A DNA stretch of 64,000 nt. It comes from an uncultured delta proteobacterium (GTDB taxonomy: Bacteria; Desulfobacterota; Desulfobacteria; Desulfobacterales; UBA2156). This document shows positions 18,891 through 29,894 of this stretch, piece after piece. Numbering within the stretch: the first letter of the stretch is position 1; the number at the start of each line of letters is the position of its first letter. The notes under the pieces are model-generated. The model was given only the letters and a program-made list of their open reading frames with translations, was not told the origin of the DNA and ran no database searches. The position numbers and the translations under genes are program-made. The stretch is taken from contig CAVTQK010000024.1 of assembly GCA_963736855.1 (NCBI GenBank), positions 64,001 through 128,000 of the forward strand, read 5' to 3'.

Positions 18891-20291
18891 TCATTTTTCA
18901 ATTCCCAACTTATCGAGCCGATAGCGAAGGGAGCGCAGGTTGATGCCTAAAAACTCTGCCGCACGATCCATTTTTCCTGAAGCGATTTCCAGGGCCTTTT
19001 CGAGATAGGCCTTTTCGATCTCTTCAAGGATGGTGTCCAGTGAAACCCCTTTGGCCACGTCGTCTAAGTCAAAGCGCTGGCCTTTGATACCTTCGATCCA
19101 TCGGCGCTTGAATACCGAGAGGGCGAGGCTGTCAGGCAAAAGGATGTTGGTTCCGGACAGGGCTACGCTGCGTTCGATGATGTTTTCCAGCTCCCGGACG
19201 TTACCCGGAAAATTATATTTATTGAGCATGTCGATGGCATAAGAGGAGATCTTTTTCATCTCCTTTCCCATCTCGCGGCTGTATTTTTCCAGGAAGTGTT
19301 GGGCTAAAAGCTTTAAGTCGCTCTTTCTTTCCCGCAAGGGAGGCATCTTGATCTCGATGACGTTGAGCCGGTAATAGAGGTCTTCCCGGAAGTTCTTGGC
19401 GATAACTTCGTCCTGGAGCTTTTTATTGGTGGCCGACAGTATCCGGATGTCCACCCGGACATCTTCGTTGCTTCCCACGGCCCGGATCACCTTTTCCTGG
19501 ACGGCGCGCAAGAGCTTGATCTGGATAGGAAGGCTCAAGTCCCCGATTTCATCCAAAAAGACCGTCCCTTTGTCGGCCACTTCGAAAAGCCCTTTCTTAT
19601 CGGCGGTGGCTCCGGTGAAAGACCCTTTCCTATGGCCGAAAAGCTCACTTTCCATGAGGGTCTCCGGGATCCCTCCGCAATGGATGGCCACAAAGGGGAA
19701 GTGTTTTCGGTCGCTTTCCTCATGAATGGCCTGGGCGACCAGTTCTTTCCCGGTGCCGCTTTCTCCGGTGATGAGGACATTGGTCTTGGTTTTGGCCACC
19801 TGCCTGACCATCTGGTAAATATGCTGCATCTGAGGGCTGTTCCCGATGATTTTTCCGAAATGCAGCGTCTTCTTCAATTCGTCGTCGATGAAGGCCTTTT
19901 CCTGCTCAACGGTCTTGAGGTGCAGGGCGCTTTGGATGGTCTGCTTGAGTTCTTCGGCGTCGAAGGGTTTGGGAACGTAGTCAAAGGCCCCGGCATTCAT
20001 GGCCTCCACAGCGGTTTCCGTGGAGGCATAGGCGCTGATCATGATGACAACGGCGTTGGGGTTTTTGGCTTTTGCCGCTTTCAGCACCTCGATGCCCGAG
20101 AGGCCGCCGAGCCGGATATCGAGAAGGAAGAGATCATAGTCTGACTCTTCAATGAGGGACAGGGCTTTTTCCCCACTTTCAGCTGAAACCACCTGGTATC
20201 CTTCCTTTTCCAGGAGGATCTCCAAGAATTCCCTCATGCTGAGTTCATCGTCGACGACGAGAATCTTTTCCGAAGGGTTTTGATTTTCCAT
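18891..20291 (-). CDS. pilR: sigma54-dependent response regulator (REC-AAA+-HTH), PilR-like
   Basis: ILVVDDE receiver, GESGTGKE, ESELFGHRKGSFTGA, FLDEIG, FPGNVRELEN, Fis-type HTH ending RSLRYRLDKLG; directly upstream of pilins. Confidence 0.88.
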   Translation of the reverse strand: MENQNPSEKILVVDDELSMREFLEILLEKEGYQVVSAESGEKALSLIEESDYDLFLLDIRLGGLSGIEVLKAAKAKNPNAVVIMISAYASTETAVEAMNAGAFDYVPKPFDAEELKQTIQSALHLKTVEQEKAFIDDELKKTLHFGKIIGNSPQMQHIYQMVRQVAKTKTNVLITGESGTGKELVAQAIHEESDRKHFPFVAIHCGGIPETLMESELFGHRKGSFTGATADKKGLFEVADKGTVFLDEIGDLSLPIQIKLLRAVQEKVIRAVGSNEDVRVDIRILSATNKKLQDEVIAKNFREDLYYRLNVIEIKMPPLRERKSDLKLLAQHFLEKYSREMGKEMKKISSYAIDMLNKYNFPGNVRELENIIERSVALSGTNILLPDSLALSVFKRRWIEGIKGQRFDLDDVAKGVSLDTILEEIEKAYLEKALEIASGKMDRAAEFLGINLRSLRYRLDKLGIEK

Positions 20292-20312
20292 GATTTCAGG
20301 GTTTCTTAGATT

Positions 20313-21593
20313 CTACACCGTTTCAAAGGCCACGGTTCCCGACACCACCGTAAAGACGGTTTTTCCTTTCAGTTCCCATTCATTGAAGGGCGTGTTCCGG
20401 CTCTTGGAGAAAAACCGGGTTGCGTTGACGCGAAAGGTTCGGTTCAAGTCGATGAGGGTCAGGTCCGCCGGATTTCCGGCGTTGATTCGATGGTTGATCC
20501 TCAGAATCTTTGCAGGGTTGATGGACATCTTTTCGATCAATCCGTTCAGGGACAGGACGCCGCTTTCCACGAGTTTGAGTCCCAAGGGGAGTGCCGTTTC
20601 CAGCCCGATGATGCCGAATGCCGCCTGGTCGAACTCTACGTCCTTTTCAATGCTGGAATGGGGGGCGTGATCGGTTGCGATGACATCCAAAGTCCCATCC
20701 GAAAGACCTTCCCATACGGCGTTTCGGTCTTCTTCGGAGCGCAGAGGCGGGTTCATCTTGGCGTGGGTGTCGTAATTTTGAACCGCCGCATCGGTTAAGG
20801 TGAAATAATGCGGCGCGGTCTCGGCGGTGACCGGTATACCCCGCGCTTTGGCGTCCCGGATGGCCGCAACCGATTCCCGGGTGCTCACATGGGCGATGTG
20901 AAGGCGTGCGCCGGTAAGTGCGCACAGGGCGATATCTCTTTGGACCATAATGCTTTCAGCCGCGTTGGGTATCCCCGGAAGCCCCATCCGGGTGGCGATT
21001 TCTCCCTCATTCATGACGCCGCCCTGGGCCAGGTCGAGGTCTTCGCAATGGGAGATGACAAAAAGTCCGAACCCCTTGGCATATTCCAGGGCACGTCGCA
21101 TCAATAGGCTTCCGAGCACGGGCCGGCCGTCGTCCGACACGGCCACAGCCCCGCCCTCCTTAAGATCCGAAAATTCGGTCAGTACCTCTCCTCTCAGCCC
21201 CTTGCTGATGGCTCCCACGGGATAGACCCGGACGCCGCAGGCCTTGGCGGCCTTTTCGAGGATGAATTCCGTGACCTGACGGTTGTCGTTGACCGGAAGT
21301 GTATTGGGCATGGTGCAGACGGCGGTAAAGCCCCCTGCCGCTGCCGCCAGGCACCCGGTTTCGATGGTCTCCTTATATTCGTGACCCGGTTCCCGGAAAT
21401 GAACGTGCAAGTCGATGAGCCCCGGGACCACGGTGAGTCCGGAAGCGTCGATAACCCTCGCTCCCGCGCCTTTTTTAACGGACCGAAGCGATTTCCCTAC
21501 CTTGGCGATCCGGCCGTCTTCCACCAGGATGTCCAGGATGTCGTCGATTCTTCCCGGATCCAGGACCCGGCCGCCTTTAATCAGAAGCTGCAT
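20313..21593 (-). CDS. pyrC: Dihydroorotase
   Basis: [28 protein letters not shown]; overlaps pyrB end; RBS before ATG 21593. Confidence 0.95.
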   Translation of the reverse strand: MQLLIKGGRVLDPGRIDDILDILVEDGRIAKVGKSLRSVKKGAGARVIDASGLTVVPGLIDLHVHFREPGHEYKETIETGCLAAAAGGFTAVCTMPNTLPVNDNRQVTEFILEKAAKACGVRVYPVGAISKGLRGEVLTEFSDLKEGGAVAVSDDGRPVLGSLLMRRALEYAKGFGLFVISHCEDLDLAQGGVMNEGEIATRMGLPGIPNAAESIMVQRDIALCALTGARLHIAHVSTRESVAAIRDAKARGIPVTAETAPHYFTLTDAAVQNYDTHAKMNPPLRSEEDRNAVWEGLSDGTLDVIATDHAPHSSIEKDVEFDQAAFGIIGLETALPLGLKLVESGVLSLNGLIEKMSINPAKILRINHRINAGNPADLTLIDLNRTFRVNATRFFSKSRNTPFNEWELKGKTVFTVVSGTVAFETV

Positions 21594-22515
21594 GTCGCAC
21601 ACCTCCTGCCACGAGATAAAGCAGCGCCATACGGACGGCCACACCATTTGCGACTTGATCGAGAATAACACTATAGGGGCCGTCTGCTACCTCGGGATCG
21701 ATTTCGACTCCTCGATTTATAGGTCCCGGATGCATGATCAGCACCTCGGGTTTGGCGCGGTTCAGCTTTTCCCTATTGAGTCCATAAGCCCGTGCGTATT
21801 CCCTTTCCGAGGAAAAAAGGAAACCCTTTTGCCGTTCTTTTTGGATCCGAAGCATCATGATGACGTCTGCATCAGAAATCGCCTTTTCCATATGGTAGGT
21901 CACGGCCGCCCCCAGCCTTTCGATTCCCGCAGGGATCATGGTGGGAGGCCCTGATACAACGACGGAAGCTCCCATTTTGGTGAACCCCACGATGTTGGAT
22001 CGCGCCACCCGGCTATGGGTAATATCGCCGATGATGGCAAGCCTCAACCCGGCGATAGTCCCTTTCTTTTCCCGAACCGTAAGCAAATCCAACAGGGCCT
22101 GGGTGGGATGGGCATGGGTTCCGTCCCCCGCGTTGATGACGCAGAATTTGCAAAGGGCGGCCAGCATGTGGGGCGCACCGGACGAGGAGTGCCGGATCAC
22201 AAGAATGTCAGGGTTCATGGCCTCTACGTTGCGGGCGGTGTCGATGAGGGTTTCTCCTTTAACCATGCTGCTGGTGCCGGCGGAGATGGAGTGGCTGTCC
22301 GCGGACAGGCGCTTGGCAGCGATGTCGAAAGACGTTCGGGTCCGGGTGCTGGGCTCGTAAAAAAAGAGCACAACGGTTTTTCCCCGCAGGGTAGGGACCT
22401 TTTTCACGGGCCGGGTACCGATTTCCTTCATGTGCTCGGCGGTATCGAGGATCAGCGTGATCTCTTCGGCCGTGAGGGACTCCATGTCCAGGATGTCTTT
22501 TTTGGTAAACTGCAT
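21577..22515 (-). CDS. pyrB: Aspartate carbamoyltransferase catalytic subunit
   Basis: [25 protein letters not shown]. Confidence 0.96.
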   Translation of the reverse strand: MQFTKKDILDMESLTAEEITLILDTAEHMKEIGTRPVKKVPTLRGKTVVLFFYEPSTRTRTSFDIAAKRLSADSHSISAGTSSMVKGETLIDTARNVEAMNPDILVIRHSSSGAPHMLAALCKFCVINAGDGTHAHPTQALLDLLTVREKKGTIAGLRLAIIGDITHSRVARSNIVGFTKMGASVVVSGPPTMIPAGIERLGAAVTYHMEKAISDADVIMMLRIQKERQKGFLFSSEREYARAYGLNREKLNRAKPEVLIMHPGPINRGVEIDPEVADGPYSVILDQVANGVAVRMALLYLVAGGVRHAASD

Positions 22516-22615
22516 GGGGCACCTGATTTAAGGGTTAAAGGGACGGGGGTTCAAGGGGTTAGATATTAGATAAAGGGAGAACCCCCCGATTTGAATCCCT
22601 CAAATTCAAAAGGTA

Positions 22616-23278
22616 TCAGCGGATCCAATCCCCCAGCCGGCTCCAGCGTACGCCGAAATCGTCCTTGTCCCAGGACCAGTAGATCATGAAGGCTTTACCC
22701 TTCACGGCATCCAGGCCAACAAACCCCCAGAAACGGCTGTCGTAGCTCTGATCACGATTGTCTCCCATGACGAACAGGGAACCTTTGGGAACGGGCACCG
22801 GGCCGAAGTTATCCCGAGGCTGAATCGTCCCCGGTATAACGTGGGGGTCGGTATAAACGGCATAGTCGCTGTTTACAGCCTGATGGTTCACGTAAACCTG
22901 TTTGTTGCGGATTTCGATAACGTCGCCTTCAACGGCGATAACCCTCTTGATGAAGTCCTTTCCAGGTTCTTCCGGAAAGCGGAATACGATGATATCTCCC
23001 CTATGTGGCTTTTTGATGGGGATCAGCGTTTTTTGGATCAAAGGGATCTTGATCCCATAGAGGAACTTATTGACCAGGATGTGGTCTCCCACGAGGAGTG
23101 TTTCTTTCATGGAGCCGGACGGGATCTTGAAGGCCTGGACGATAAAGGCCCTGATGAAAAGGGCCAGGATCACCGCCACGATGATGGCTTCGATGTTTTC
23201 TCTGAGACGGCTTTTCTTCCGGACATCGCCTGCATCTAAGGCGTTTTCGGCTTTCATGGTTTTAGCGAATTCCTTCAT
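22616..23278 (-). CDS. lepB: Signal peptidase I
   Basis: IPSGSM, FIKRVI, MGDNRDQSYDSRFWG. Confidence 0.95.
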   Translation of the reverse strand: MKEFAKTMKAENALDAGDVRKKSRLRENIEAIIVAVILALFIRAFIVQAFKIPSGSMKETLLVGDHILVNKFLYGIKIPLIQKTLIPIKKPHRGDIIVFRFPEEPGKDFIKRVIAVEGDVIEIRNKQVYVNHQAVNSDYAVYTDPHVIPGTIQPRDNFGPVPVPKGSLFVMGDNRDQSYDSRFWGFVGLDAVKGKAFMIYWSWDKDDFGVRWSRLGDWIR

Positions 23279-23291
23279 AAGATTTCGGGGG

Positions 23292-23753
23292 TCAGACGAC
23301 CCAAAGGGTCATGAGTCTTAAAATTAAATTGGCATAGATTCCGGCGATCACGTCGTCCATCACCACACCGCATCCCCCTGGGACCTGCCGGTCGATCCAT
23401 CGGATCGGATACGGTTTCAGGATGTCAATAATCCTGAACAAGATGAAGCCGGTGATCAGGATCCACGCATTTATGGCAAAATTAGTAAATGTTATCACAA
23501 TTCCGATGATTTCATCAATAACAATATCACCCGGGTCCTTTTTGGCCATCACGATTTCGGCCCGGTTGGAGATAAGGACCGCAAAACCGATGAGAGCGAT
23601 TATTAAAAAAAGGCTGAAGGGGAGGGGTGTCAGGGAAACGAGATAGGCGATGGGCAGACCGACGGCAGAGCCAAAGGTGCCCGGGGCAAAGGGAATTTTC
23701 CCCACATAACACCCGGTGGCTAAAAAAAGGGCTGCTTTGTCCACAAAATGCAT
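23292..23753 (-). CDS. pgpA: Phosphatidylglycerophosphatase A
   Basis: APGTFGS, DPGDIVIDE, FRIIDILKPYP, VMDDVIAG. Confidence 0.93.
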   Translation of the reverse strand: MHFVDKAALFLATGCYVGKIPFAPGTFGSAVGLPIAYLVSLTPLPFSLFLIIALIGFAVLISNRAEIVMAKKDPGDIVIDEIIGIVITFTNFAINAWILITGFILFRIIDILKPYPIRWIDRQVPGGCGVVMDDVIAGIYANLILRLMTLWVV

Positions 23754-23793
23754 GGGCCGTCTCTAATACTCCGATCCGCCGTTTGTCAAGCAT

Positions 23794-24117
23794 GATGGCT
23801 TCGTAAAAAGTCCATCTGCTGCGTTGCACTGCATCCTTCGTCATTGCGGCGTACCCATATGTACGCCTCATTCCTCAGGATTTGCGCGCCTTGCATCTGA
23901 AGCTTTTTACTTTGCCATCCTAATTTTGATGAAATCGTAAAAAGGCCGATTTTTCTCGCGCCGCAAGTCTTTTCGGAAGATCCAAAGGGTTTCGCTAAAT
24001 CTCAAGAACTCGGCACAAGTGCCTCAAACAGCTTGAGATTTTTAACGCTCAACCCTTTGTCTCTCTTTTTCCGAAAAGACTTGAATGGCGCTCACAAAAC
24101 CTTTTTACGATTTCATC
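23794..24117. mobile_element. Composite MITE: family A left part (23794-23927) fused to complete family B element (23928-24117)
   Basis: Perfect 6-bp direct repeat AAGCAT on both sides; B has perfect 18-bp TIR GATGAAATCGTAAAAAGG and nested internal inverted repeats. Confidence 0.82.
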
Positions 24118-24302
24118 AAGCATGATGCCTTTTGTTTCGACAAAACCCTTTCCTTTTATATATCGGGGAAAGAGGGGTGGGGGAATCCTGATCCGCCTGC
24201 AAGATTTTACCCGGTTTAAGACCGGGATGGTATTGAAATACGGAACGTCTTGTGTCATGAGGAATTCGACAGTTCGGATTGAATGAAGGAAGGCGATTGC
24301 GA

Positions 24303-26894
24303 ATGAACGAACGGTATGAACCTAAAATTATCGAGTCCAAATGGCAGGCGTTCTGGGAACACCACGGACTATTTCGCGTGATAACCGATCATAGTCGGAA
24401 AAAATATTATATTTTAGAAATGTTTCCTTACCCGTCGGGTAAAATCCACATGGGGCATGTGCGGAATTACACCATCGGCGACGTGGTCGCCAGGTATAAA
24501 AGGATGCAGGGTTTTAACGTGCTCCATCCCATGGGGTGGGATGCCTTCGGTATGCCGGCAGAAAATGCGGCCATTGCCAACAAAACCCATCCGGCCCGGT
24601 GGACTTACCAGAATATCGACACCATGCGCCGACAGCTCAAACAGATGGGCTTTTCCTATGACTGGGAGCGGGAAGTGACTACCTGCAAACCCGAGTATTA
24701 TCGATGGGAGCAATGGCTTTTTTTAAGGATGCTGGAAAAGGGAATGGCCTATCGTAAAGAGTCCCACGTCAACTGGTGCGACTCGTGCCGGACGGTTCTG
24801 GCAAATGAACAGGTGGAAGCAGGGCTTTGCTGGCGTTGCGGAAAAGAGGTTAGGCAAAAAAAGCTCAGGCAATGGTTTTTCAAGATCAGCGATTTTGCAG
24901 AGGATCTCCTGGTTTATTGCGACCGTCTCCCGGGATGGCCCGAAAAAGTCGTCACCATGCAGAAAAACTGGATCGGCAAAAGTATCGGTGCCGAAATCCG
25001 GTTTCCCATTGAAAAGGGGGATCAGGCCATCGCCGTATTTACCACCCGACAGGACACGATTTATGGAGCCACCTTCATGTGCCTGGCACCGGAACATCCC
25101 ATGGTTGGAAGCCTTTCCCGGGGAACAGCACAGGAAAAGACGGTAGCCGATTTTTGCGAGAAGATGTCCCGCCAGGACCGCTCCAGCAAGACCGTAGATC
25201 TCTACGAAAAGGAAGGTGTATTCACGGGCGGCCATTGCGTCAATCCCTTAAGTGGACGACGCATGCCGGTCTGGGTGGCCAATTTCGCCCTCATGGAGTA
25301 TGGCACCGGCGCCGTCATGTCGGTCCCGGCCCACGACCAGCGGGATCTCGATTTTGCAAGAAAGTACGGTCTTGATGTGGTGGTGGTGGTCGATCCTCCG
25401 AATGGGGGCCTGGATCCTTACGTTATGACCGAGGCCTTTGCCGGCGAAGGGACCATGGTCCATTCCGGTGTCTTTAACGGGATGAAAAGCAGTGCAACCC
25501 TGGAGGCCATCGCCGATCACCTCGAAGAAAAGGGGATCGGTAAAAGGGCCGTGAGCTACCGTCTAAAGGATTGGGGAATTTCCAGGCAGAGGTACTGGGG
25601 TGCCCCCATCCCCGTGATCCACTGCCCGGATTGCGGTATCGTGGGAGTTTTGGACAAAGATCTCCCCGTGATCCTTCCCGAAGATGCGGATCTTCTGGAA
25701 GACGGAAAATCGCCTCTCCCGGTGCTGGAATCCTTTATCCGGGCCACATGCCCGAAATGCGGGAATACCGGAGCCAAACGGGAAACCGACACCATGGACA
25801 CCTTCGTGGAGTCGTCCTGGTACTTCGAGCGGTATTGCAGCCCCACATGCGATACCGCCATGTTCGACTCAAAGGATGTGGACTATTGGATGCCGGTCGA
25901 CCAGTACATTGGGGGGGTGGAGCATGCGATCCTGCATTTATTGTACTCCAGATATTATACGCGCGTGCTCAGGGAATTCGGCTTGGTCAACTTCAATGAG
26001 CCTTTCACGCGTCTTTTGACCCAGGGGATGGTTTGCAAGGAAACCGCGGCCTGCCCGGAACATGGTTTTTTGTTCCCTGAGGAGATTCGAGTGTCCGGAG
26101 AAGACCGCTTTTGCGGGAAGTGCGGCATACCGGCGGCGGTGGGCCGCGTGGAAAAAATGTCCAAGTCCAAGAAGAATGTCATCGATCCCAATGCCCTCCT
26201 GGAGCGTTACGGGGCCGATACCACCCGTCTGTTTTGTCTCTTTGCCGCTCCCCCGGAACGGGATCTGGAGTGGAGCGAGCAAGGGGTGGAAGGGGGATAC
26301 AGGTTTCTGAACCGGATCTGGCGCCTGGCGGTTCAGTGGATGGGTCGTATTTCGTCTGTGGAAGCGTATCGCGGAGAAACCGACCGCCTTTCCGGGGATG
26401 TCCGGGACCTTTTTAAAAAGACCCATCAGACCATCTCCAAAGTTACCCAGGATATCGAAGATCGCTTCCATTTTAACACCGCCATCAGCGCCGTCATGGA
26501 GTTGGTCAATGCCATCTACGCCTTGGAAAGCACCGAGGATTCTCCTCATCTGGCAAAGGTCTTGCGCTTTGCTTTAGAGTCGGTGGTGCGGTTGCTTTCC
26601 CCCATCGTTCCCCATCTCTCCGAGGAGATATGGGCCGCGTTGGGCAACACCACGAGCGTGCTCCTGGAATCCTGGCCGGAACCTCTGGAAGAGGCTCTTG
26701 CAAAAGACGAACTCGTGGTTGTGGTTCAGGTCAACGGCAAACTGAGAAGCAGGCTTGTGATCTCGTCGGATATAACAGAAGAAGCACTCCAAGAGATGGC
26801 CATCACGGATGAACGAGTACTCAGGTTCATCGAGGGAAAAGCCGTTCGAAAGATCATCGTCGTGGGGAAAAAGCTGGTCAATATCGTGGTGTGA
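24303..26894 (+). CDS. leuS: Leucine--tRNA ligase
   Basis: [13 protein letters not shown] (HIGH-like), [20 protein letters not shown] editing motif. Confidence 0.98.
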   Translation: MNERYEPKIIESKWQAFWEHHGLFRVITDHSRKKYYILEMFPYPSGKIHMGHVRNYTIGDVVARYKRMQGFNVLHPMGWDAFGMPAENAAIANKTHPARWTYQNIDTMRRQLKQMGFSYDWEREVTTCKPEYYRWEQWLFLRMLEKGMAYRKESHVNWCDSCRTVLANEQVEAGLCWRCGKEVRQKKLRQWFFKISDFAEDLLVYCDRLPGWPEKVVTMQKNWIGKSIGAEIRFPIEKGDQAIAVFTTRQDTIYGATFMCLAPEHPMVGSLSRGTAQEKTVADFCEKMSRQDRSSKTVDLYEKEGVFTGGHCVNPLSGRRMPVWVANFALMEYGTGAVMSVPAHDQRDLDFARKYGLDVVVVVDPPNGGLDPYVMTEAFAGEGTMVHSGVFNGMKSSATLEAIADHLEEKGIGKRAVSYRLKDWGISRQRYWGAPIPVIHCPDCGIVGVLDKDLPVILPEDADLLEDGKSPLPVLESFIRATCPKCGNTGAKRETDTMDTFVESSWYFERYCSPTCDTAMFDSKDVDYWMPVDQYIGGVEHAILHLLYSRYYTRVLREFGLVNFNEPFTRLLTQGMVCKETAACPEHGFLFPEEIRVSGEDRFCGKCGIPAAVGRVEKMSKSKKNVIDPNALLERYGADTTRLFCLFAAPPERDLEWSEQGVEGGYRFLNRIWRLAVQWMGRISSVEAYRGETDRLSGDVRDLFKKTHQTISKVTQDIEDRFHFNTAISAVMELVNAIYALESTEDSPHLAKVLRFALESVVRLLSPIVPHLSEEIWAALGNTTSVLLESWPEPLEEALAKDELVVVVQVNGKLRSRLVISSDITEEALQEMAITDERVLRFIEGKAVRKIIVVGKKLVNIVV

Positions 26895-26917
26895 TTCCTG
26901 AGTAAGTAAGATTAAAG

Positions 26918-27460
26918 GTGACCCGGGAGGAAAAGGTGGCGCGAAAAAGGAGTCCGCTGGGTATTTTTGCGGTTTATTTCGCTGCAGTGGTGATGGCGGC
27001 GGGATGCGGGTATCGATTTGCCGGAAGCGGAAGCTTTCCGGCCGGGGTGAAGAAGATTCACATTGCGTTGCTGGATAACCGGACCACGGAGACCGGCATT
27101 GAAAAAGATTTCACGGACGATTTGGTCGATGAATTCATCCGGAGAAACGAGGAGGGCTTGGTCAACGCCCCGGAGAATGCCGACGCTGTCCTTTCCGGGG
27201 TCATCGCCGCCATGGGTGTGGAAACCATATCCAGGACCGGCGCGTCTACATCCGACGAAAGGCGGGTGACCATCACCGTTGTCTTAAAACTGACAGATCG
27301 GAAAAAACACGTTATCTGGTCCGGTTCCGTTTCTGAAGATGAGGCTTACCCGGTTGCTGGGGACCGCTTGACGACGGACAAGAACCGTAGGGATGCCATC
27401 AAGGCGCTCTCCAAGCTTATAGCCGAGAGGGTCTATAATAATCTCACCGCAGGCTTTTAG
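26918..27460 (+). CDS. lptE: LPS assembly lipoprotein LptE family
   Basis: Lipobox AAGCGYRF; directly after leuS (conserved synteny). Confidence 0.8.
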   Translation: MTREEKVARKRSPLGIFAVYFAAVVMAAGCGYRFAGSGSFPAGVKKIHIALLDNRTTETGIEKDFTDDLVDEFIRRNEEGLVNAPENADAVLSGVIAAMGVETISRTGASTSDERRVTITVVLKLTDRKKHVIWSGSVSEDEAYPVAGDRLTTDKNRRDAIKALSKLIAERVYNNLTAGF

Positions 27461-27470
27461 CGTGGCAAAA

Positions 27471-27504
27471 CTCTTCTCTCCGTTACTATTATCGGGGAGG
27501 GGAG
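27471..27504. terminator. Hairpin between convergent lptE and rpsT
   Basis: CTCTTCTCTCCG...CGGGGAGGGGAG stem with G-U pairs; no strong U tract. Confidence 0.3.
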
Positions 27505-27519
27505 GATGAGTCGGAAGCG

Positions 27520-27786
27520 CTATTTTTTAGCGTTGACAAGCCGTTCCAGACGGGAAACCTTCCGGGAAGCGGTTCTTTTGTGGACGGCTCCTTTTTTGGA
27601 ACTCCTCGCGATGACGGACTTGGCCTGATTCAGTTGTTTGGCAAGCGATTCGACGTCTGTACCGCCTGCAGCGGCCGTGCGAACCGCCTTGATGACGCTC
27701 TTGACCCGTGTTTTTGCGATTTTATTGCGCAGGCGCCGGTTTTCGTTTTGCCGAGCCCGCTTGATTGCAGATGGATGATTTGCCAA
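27520..27786 (-). CDS. rpsT: 30S ribosomal protein S20
   Basis: (M)ANHPSAIKRARQNENRRLRN...HKRTASRKVSRL; TTG start. Confidence 0.96.
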   Translation of the reverse strand: MANHPSAIKRARQNENRRLRNKIAKTRVKSVIKAVRTAAAGGTDVESLAKQLNQAKSVIARSSKKGAVHKRTASRKVSRLERLVNAKK

Positions 27787-27954
27787 GGGTGATCGTGCCT
27801 CCCGTTCCATTTTTCAGGCGTTTATCAAACGCCTGGTTTTTTATTAAAAACTTATAATTACAAAAAGGATGCTTCCTGTCAATAAAAAACATCATCGCTT
27901 CCAATACGTCGCCGAATCTCTTTTCACGGCCGGGCCCTGATTCTGCTATTGCCT

Positions 27955-29529
27955 ATGGATGAAAGCCGTCATGTTTTTCGGGCCGCCGGGGTGGTCGGGA
28001 GCGCCACCTTGTTGAGCCGGATTTTCGGGTTCGTCCGGGATGCGGTCATTGCCGGATTTTTCGGGGCCGGCGCCGGAGCGGATGCCTTTTTTGTGGCCTT
28101 CCGCATCCCCAACCTGCTCAGGCGCCTCCTTGCAGAAGGGTCGTTAAGCATTTCTTTTATTCCCGTCTTTACCGGGTATCTTTCCTACAAGGGCAGAGAA
28201 GAAGCTTACTGCCTGGCCAGATCCGCATTTCGGCTATTGGTTTTAGTTCTGGTAACCGTATCGGTTTTGGGAGTGCTTTTATCTCCGATCATCGTCAAAG
28301 TCATCGCTCCCGGCTTTGCTCGGTTTCCGGAAAAAATGGTCCTCACCGTTACTCTCACCCGGATCATGTTTCCGTATATTTTTTTTATTGGGCTCATGGC
28401 GCTTTTCATGGGAATTCTCAATGCCTTGGGCCATTTTGCCGCACCGGCCCTGGCTCCGGTGATGTTGAACCTGATGATCATCGGGGCGGTCTTTTTCATT
28501 TCTCCGGTGATGTCCGAACCGGTGTGGGGACTGGCCATCGGGGTGCTTTTGGGGGGTGCGCTGCAGGCAGCCTTGCAGGTGCCGGCGATCCTGAAAAAAG
28601 GGATACGCTTGGCTCAAAAAACGCCCTTATGGCATCCGGGTCTCAAAAAGGTCTTATGCCTGATGCTTCCCACCGTTCTTGGAGCGGCTGTTTATCAGAT
28701 CAATGTTTTGGTGAGCACCCTCCTGGCTTCTTTACTTCCCGAAGGGAGCGTCTCTTACCTGTATTATGCGGATCGGCTGGTACAGTTTCCTTTGGGAATA
28801 TTTGCCACCGCCACCGCCACTGCCCTACTGCCGAGTCTTTCCCGCCTGGCAGCATCCGGTGACCTCGACAGTGTTAGAAAGACGTTTTCGGATGCTTTAA
28901 GGTTGGTGGTTTTCATCAGCCTCCCTGCTATGACGGGGCTCATTGTGTTGAGAAAACCCCTCATCGCTTTGCTTTTCGAGCGTGGGGCCTTCAGCCCCGA
29001 ATCCACACGATTGACGGCTGTAGCGCTTTTATATTATAGTATGGGATTATGGGCATTTTCAGCCGTGAGGGTAGTGGTTTCAACCTTTTATGCCTTTCAG
29101 GACACAAAAACGCCGGTATGGACGGCCGCTGTCTCCGTCGTATCCAATATCGGTTTCGGGATCGTCCTGATGGAGCGTATGGGTCATGGAGGTCTAGCTT
29201 TGGCCGCATCCCTGGCTTCCATGGTGAACTTGGGACTTTTGCTATGGATGTTAAAAGCCCGCATGATTTCCATCGGGGCAAAGAAGATTTTACCGTCTTT
29301 GCTGCGCTCGGCTGCAGGGTCTTTGGTCATGGGTGCTGGTTTGTGGCTGGTCGCCTTTAAGGGAATTCCCGAACGGTTCTGGCATGATTCCGGTTTGCCG
29401 TTAAGCCTTGCGGTAAGCTTGGTTTTAGGGATTGGGTTTTACGGGGCATTTTCCCTGATGACGGGAAGCCCGGAATTAAAGCATTTTGCGTCATTTTTCA
29501 AAAAAGACGCAGTCCGGAATGATGAATAA
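27955..29529 (+). CDS. murJ: Lipid II flippase MurJ
   Basis: SRIFGFVRD, AFRIPNLLRRLLAEG, YADRLVQFPLG; divergent from rpsT. Confidence 0.95.
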   Translation: MDESRHVFRAAGVVGSATLLSRIFGFVRDAVIAGFFGAGAGADAFFVAFRIPNLLRRLLAEGSLSISFIPVFTGYLSYKGREEAYCLARSAFRLLVLVLVTVSVLGVLLSPIIVKVIAPGFARFPEKMVLTVTLTRIMFPYIFFIGLMALFMGILNALGHFAAPALAPVMLNLMIIGAVFFISPVMSEPVWGLAIGVLLGGALQAALQVPAILKKGIRLAQKTPLWHPGLKKVLCLMLPTVLGAAVYQINVLVSTLLASLLPEGSVSYLYYADRLVQFPLGIFATATATALLPSLSRLAASGDLDSVRKTFSDALRLVVFISLPAMTGLIVLRKPLIALLFERGAFSPESTRLTAVALLYYSMGLWAFSAVRVVVSTFYAFQDTKTPVWTAAVSVVSNIGFGIVLMERMGHGGLALAASLASMVNLGLLLWMLKARMISIGAKKILPSLLRSAAGSLVMGAGLWLVAFKGIPERFWHDSGLPLSLAVSLVLGIGFYGAFSLMTGSPELKHFASFFKKDAVRNDE

Positions 29530-29827
29530 ACAGACAATCCTCATTGCGGCCGCCTCTATAGGCCTTCTCAGTTTTCTTTTGTTTATTATATTCGGAGAAA
29601 GAGGGTTTACCGATTACCTTTCCCTCAAGGCCCAGAAACAGCATGTACTCGATGAAAATGAGGTGCTTGTGCAAAAGAACATTTCCCTATATCATAGAAT
29701 CGAGCGATTAAAACACGATCCCAGGTTCGCAGAATATGTTATACGAAAGGACCTTGGGGTTGTCGGGAAGGATGAAATCATTTTCAAGAAAACCCCGAAT
29801 CTTAAGAAAAAAAATCAGGTTGAGTAG
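29519..29827 (+). CDS. ftsB: Septum formation initiator (FtsB/DivIC family)
   Basis: TM helix, FGERG, coiled coil, IERLKHD...RKDLGVVGKDE. Confidence 0.8.
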   Translation: MMNKQTILIAAASIGLLSFLLFIIFGERGFTDYLSLKAQKQHVLDENEVLVQKNISLYHRIERLKHDPRFAEYVIRKDLGVVGKDEIIFKKTPNLKKKNQVE

Positions 29828-29894
29828 ATTTGCTTTGGTGCCGAAACAGCAGCTTGTTCGATAACAACAATCAAATGAAAAAGGAGGTTGGATC

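Noticed and set aside
22526..22612. GGGTTMAAGG-like short repeats upstream of pyrB (similar at about 60505-60550) as a pyr attenuator
   Set aside because: No PyrR-binding loop or terminator/antiterminator pair recognisable; looks like low-complexity repeat
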